A DNA stretch of 44,700 nt. It comes from Conidiobolus incongruus B7586. Its lineage: Eukaryota. The first letter of the stretch is position 1. Each line of letters begins with the position of its first letter. The stretch lies in NCBI GenBank assembly GCA_000697335.1, contig JNEM01010216.1, forward strand, positions 1 through 44,700, written 5' to 3'. This document shows positions 40,628 through 44,700 of the stretch, in pieces. The notes beneath the pieces are model-generated. The model was not told the DNA's origin. It was given only the letters and a program-made list of their open reading frames with translations, and made no database searches. The translations under genes were made by a program, and so were the position numbers.

Positions 40628-41764
40628 ATGATGAGGTTAAGATCAAAATACGTATTGTATGTAACACTGTTTGCAGCTATTTTATACGTCTGCATCAGGA
40701 CTTTTGGTAGGAGAAAGCAAGGTAAGGATATAAGCAAATACTTGACATGGGAAGTACCCGGCTTTGCATATTTCAACAATCAGTTAGTCTTGCACGTTTC
40801 ATCAGAAGCTTATAAGATTGGGGGTAGAGAAATCATACATCCTCCGTTGCGCTTTCCACCCATAAAGAACACGCATGAAATGCATGTCGAGCTGGGCCAG
40901 CTGTATGAGATAGATGATAGTGTCAGTAAAGATACATATATTGATGTTGATACGATAAATGAAGCTCTAAAGTCAAATGACAAATACATCAGAGTCACAA
41001 ATAAACATGAATCATACTGGGCATACATGTATATAAGGTTCGTGGTATATAACTTTGTACTTGGGTTCAAATCTAACACACACAAGATCATGAGCAAGTA
41101 TGTGTATAAGCATAATGGGCCGATAGCTAAATGCGTAAGACTAGCAAAGGAGAAATATCCAGTTTCAGATAGTATAGGCGTGCATATAAGAACATGGGCT
41201 AAAGATGTATCGTTGGCTAATTCCAATGAATGTGAAAGAATATATGGAAACAATCCTCTAAAGCTATTATGGTCTTGTAGAACAGATATAAATACTCTTA
41301 AAAGATCGATAGATTGGGTGCATTATAATGAACCTATACTTGTAGCAACAGACGATGAACGTTCTGAGATCCTTCACGATCTATATGGTTTATATCCCAA
41401 TGTACAAGTTGTTGATTACAATCTTCTATTGAAACAATGCTTTAATTCATCAGAGTTGACATCGACAGAAGCTAATTTATTCACAGACGAATGGATGCGC
41501 ACTCATGGGGTAGCTATCATAGACAGTGAACTCATGGTAAATTCCAAGATATTTATAGGCAATGTATTTTCAACATTCTCGAACATAGTTGCTATAAAGA
41601 GGGAAAACAACAGCTATTTTGTACAAAATACACTGCAGTATTTGGTGCAAAGATTCTTGTATGTATGGATTTGTACGGGTATAATATTGTTAGCATTACT
41701 TATATATAAATTAGTGTATTTTAAGAATACACAAATTAAAAGTATGAACATGATAAACCAATAA
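40628..41764 (+). CDS. GDP-fucose O-fucosyltransferase-like glycosyltransferase (GT-B fold), 378 aa, N- and C-terminal TM helices
   Basis: Intact intronless ORF with the three conserved fucosyltransferase motifs IGVHIR, ILVATDD and IIDSELMVNSKIFIGNVFSTFSNIV. Signal-anchor YVLYVTLFAAILYVCI and C-terminal TM FLYVWICTGIILLALLIY. Confidence 0.75.
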   Translation: MMRLRSKYVLYVTLFAAILYVCIRTFGRRKQGKDISKYLTWEVPGFAYFNNQLVLHVSSEAYKIGGREIIHPPLRFPPIKNTHEMHVELGQLYEIDDSVSKDTYIDVDTINEALKSNDKYIRVTNKHESYWAYMYIRFVVYNFVLGFKSNTHKIMSKYVYKHNGPIAKCVRLAKEKYPVSDSIGVHIRTWAKDVSLANSNECERIYGNNPLKLLWSCRTDINTLKRSIDWVHYNEPILVATDDERSEILHDLYGLYPNVQVVDYNLLLKQCFNSSELTSTEANLFTDEWMRTHGVAIIDSELMVNSKIFIGNVFSTFSNIVAIKRENNSYFVQNTLQYLVQRFLYVWICTGIILLALLIYKLVYFKNTQIKSMNMINQ

Positions 41765-44700
41765 TGGTTAAACAAGATCATGCATATCCACTAAAATTAT
41801 ACTCTTATACAATCCAAGTTATTACCATAGTTCATTGGTAGTAAATTCTCCATACATAATGACAATGGGTGATAAAATATATATCAACGTGTAGGATTGT
41901 CATAGAACGATATTGTATGATCTTGGTAGAAATAGGATAGCTCTTAATTCTGATATATAACATTTCCAGGTACATTCTTTTTTCCCTTCGACTCCTTTTT
42001 TCTCTTTAATCTGCTGTTTTTTGTGGATCTGCAAATTCACCATAATTTATTATTGCTATTATTCTAATTTTATTATTTAATTATATCGATGTGGTGATTA
42101 AAAAATAAAATAATTATATCTAAGCTTTCAGTCATTTATAATTTCAACTGTTTTATCTTATTAGATCTCTTTAGTTTAGAACTTACCAGAGAATTTATGT
42201 TCTCCAAAATCAATTATTTTATCTAGGTGATAGCATTCCTTTTGAATCACTTTTTGTGAATATGTTTACAACATTCATATTTAATTATAAAAATGACATT
42301 TAGGATTAAGATTTAAATTTTCGATTTTAAATTTATTTAATATAAATGATGAAAACTGACATCATAATGATTTATAGAAACTTTGATTAATGCTTAAAGG
42401 GGTTCGTTTATATAAAACAACACAGATTAATTATTTATTTTTTCAACTATATATATATTATCAGACTATTGAATATTACACACAATAGCTTTGATATTCA
42501 ATTCACAAAATCAAATTAATTTAATATTGGTAATAATTGTGATAGAAAATAAGCTATGGAAAAAAACTAGAATATTTTTTTACTCCTATACCACTTTAAT
42601 GAGATGTTAAATCATTAATTTACTCATATAACCTAATCTGGAAATTTAATTTTTCCTGAAATAATCAATAGTTTAATTTTGATATAAAAAAATTAAATAA
42701 TTCAATTCAATAATATTTTGATAATTGATTAAGTTTCTATTTATAAGTATATATTTTTATTCAATATATATAATTTTTTAAGTTTCAATTATGAAAATAT
42801 CTTGAATCCAAAATTAATTGATATTATAGAGAGCTCTAATTAATATTCAACAGTTACTCTTATTACTTAAATTCTCATCAATACCTTAATATTATTTTTG
42901 ATATTATTTTTTGGTCAATCAATATATAACTAATAGTTTCAATACCATAGATTTATATGAAATTATAATTATTTAAAAAAATTTTTAAATTTTGTCTTTT
43001 AAAATCAAATCGAATCTCAATTTCAATCGATATGTAATTGTAGAGTTACTTTTGATTCATAGACAGGGGAAGTTAAAATACATTAGAATTGACTGAGTAA
43101 ATTTCTAGTTACCAATTTTTTGGAATTAACAATATTTTATATTAAATAAGAAAAACAACAGTTTATTTAAAAGAGATACAAAGATTATCAAATACAACAT
43201 TGATTATTTATTCATTGTTAAAGATAATTACATAAATTTAATACACTATATTAAAGGTCCAAGTAACCAATGAATGAATGAAATCAAAATTTCAACACTT
43301 TAAGTCTATAGAAATCCAGTTTAATCAGATAAATTACAAATAAATTTTAATTGGGAATCAAATACCAGAATTTATATTTACAAGATTTTTAGTGATTCAT
43401 TTTGATTTAACTAAATCAATGATATAAATTTTTTAAATCATTTTATAGTTTCTAAATTTTAATATTATTGTAGTAAAATCAAATAATATTACCAATGATA
43501 TTATTTTTTACCTTAGATTTATTGTCAATAAATTAATTTTTGAAATTTTTATATCAACTTAAATAAATAAATTATACTAATAATTTTTAGCTAATTCAAC
43601 CCCAGAAATATTTCTGATCTAACTAATAAACCTCAATTTTTTACTTTATTATCTATTTTTTAAATTAATATTAATCAAATAATAATATTATTCTCTTATT
43701 ATTCTTATGCTAAAAACTAAGATATGGAAGTTAGAGAGTTTTGGATTAAATTGAAGAATGATAACACTTGGAGATTGTATAAGTATGAATATTGGATAGT
43801 TATTTATTAAAAATATATATTGATTATTATAGTGAGAAAGAGCAGAACCAAAACGTTTGTTTAATTAAGGAATATGGAAAGTTTTATAAAATAAGTGGTA
43901 AATTATGCATAGAATATATAGAAATGGATAGGATGTATGACCCCTTTATCAATATTATTTTCAATATCCCTTTTATAAAGATATATTTAACAATACGAAG
44001 CTTAAATCCGTGTATAAATTTGTAAATTTCTTCTTATGAATATTAATATGAATTTCTCTTAACGTTATTTTGAATTTGCCAATATACTTTCATTATAATT
44101 CCTTTCTATTAAATATATCTATTATAAATCTTTCTTACTTTAATGGCAAAGAATATTTCTAGCAGATTAAATATATAAGGTTTGGAAAAATGAAATATGA
44201 CGATATAAATTATTTAGTTGATAGCTGATCTTAATTTGGCCTTTAACTAAATATAGCTTTTTAAGGAGAGATTATTCAAATATATTTATAATATGTAATA
44301 TGAATGTTGTTAAATAATTGTAATAAAAATAATATATATATATAATTACTTCTATCATTATTATTATTATTATTTAATTTAATTTAATTTTGATATAATT
44401 TTAGTAAATATTGTATAATATAAAAGGAAATCATCTCATTCAAAAATATATTGTTTTTTAGATAAAATACATTAAAGTCATTAATAAAATTTAATATTAG
44501 CCATTTATTAACCTATAAAATTTAGTTATAAAATTATAGTTATTTATATATTTATTAATAACTTAATAAATTCTAATTTAAATCAATTTATATTATATTA
44601 TATAGTTAATATATATTTTTTATTTAAAATAATTCATATATATTTGAATTTATTGAATAATTAATGAATGTGTTAATTTTAAAATTTTATTTAATTCAGT

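Overview
This is AT-rich eukaryotic DNA with short GT-AG introns, most likely from an early-diverging fungus; the lineage is inferred from composition and gene style only. From 1 to 28.3 kb it carries host genes, which I rebuilt with their introns: a mitochondrial-type PPR protein, a DH-PH-PB1 RhoGEF, AP-2 alpha adaptin, a membrane/coiled-coil protein, CTP synthase, pterin-4a-carbinolamine dehydratase, a 4-exon DUF4748-like gene with no ATG, an 8-exon SDT1/PHM8-type HAD nucleotidase (plus a nonsense-mutated partial duplicate) and VID27. Between these lie a degenerate tRNA, two related solo LTRs with ATAT target duplications, and an eroded AT-rich repeat family. The most notable region is an island at about 33-42 kb. 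It holds a fragmented but full-length protein-primed family B DNA polymerase gene (Polinton/virus/linear-plasmid type) that the ORF track shows only as unrelated pieces. Next to it are a small T-shaped hairpin, a decayed L1-like LINE and an intact intronless O-fucosyltransferase-like ORF.
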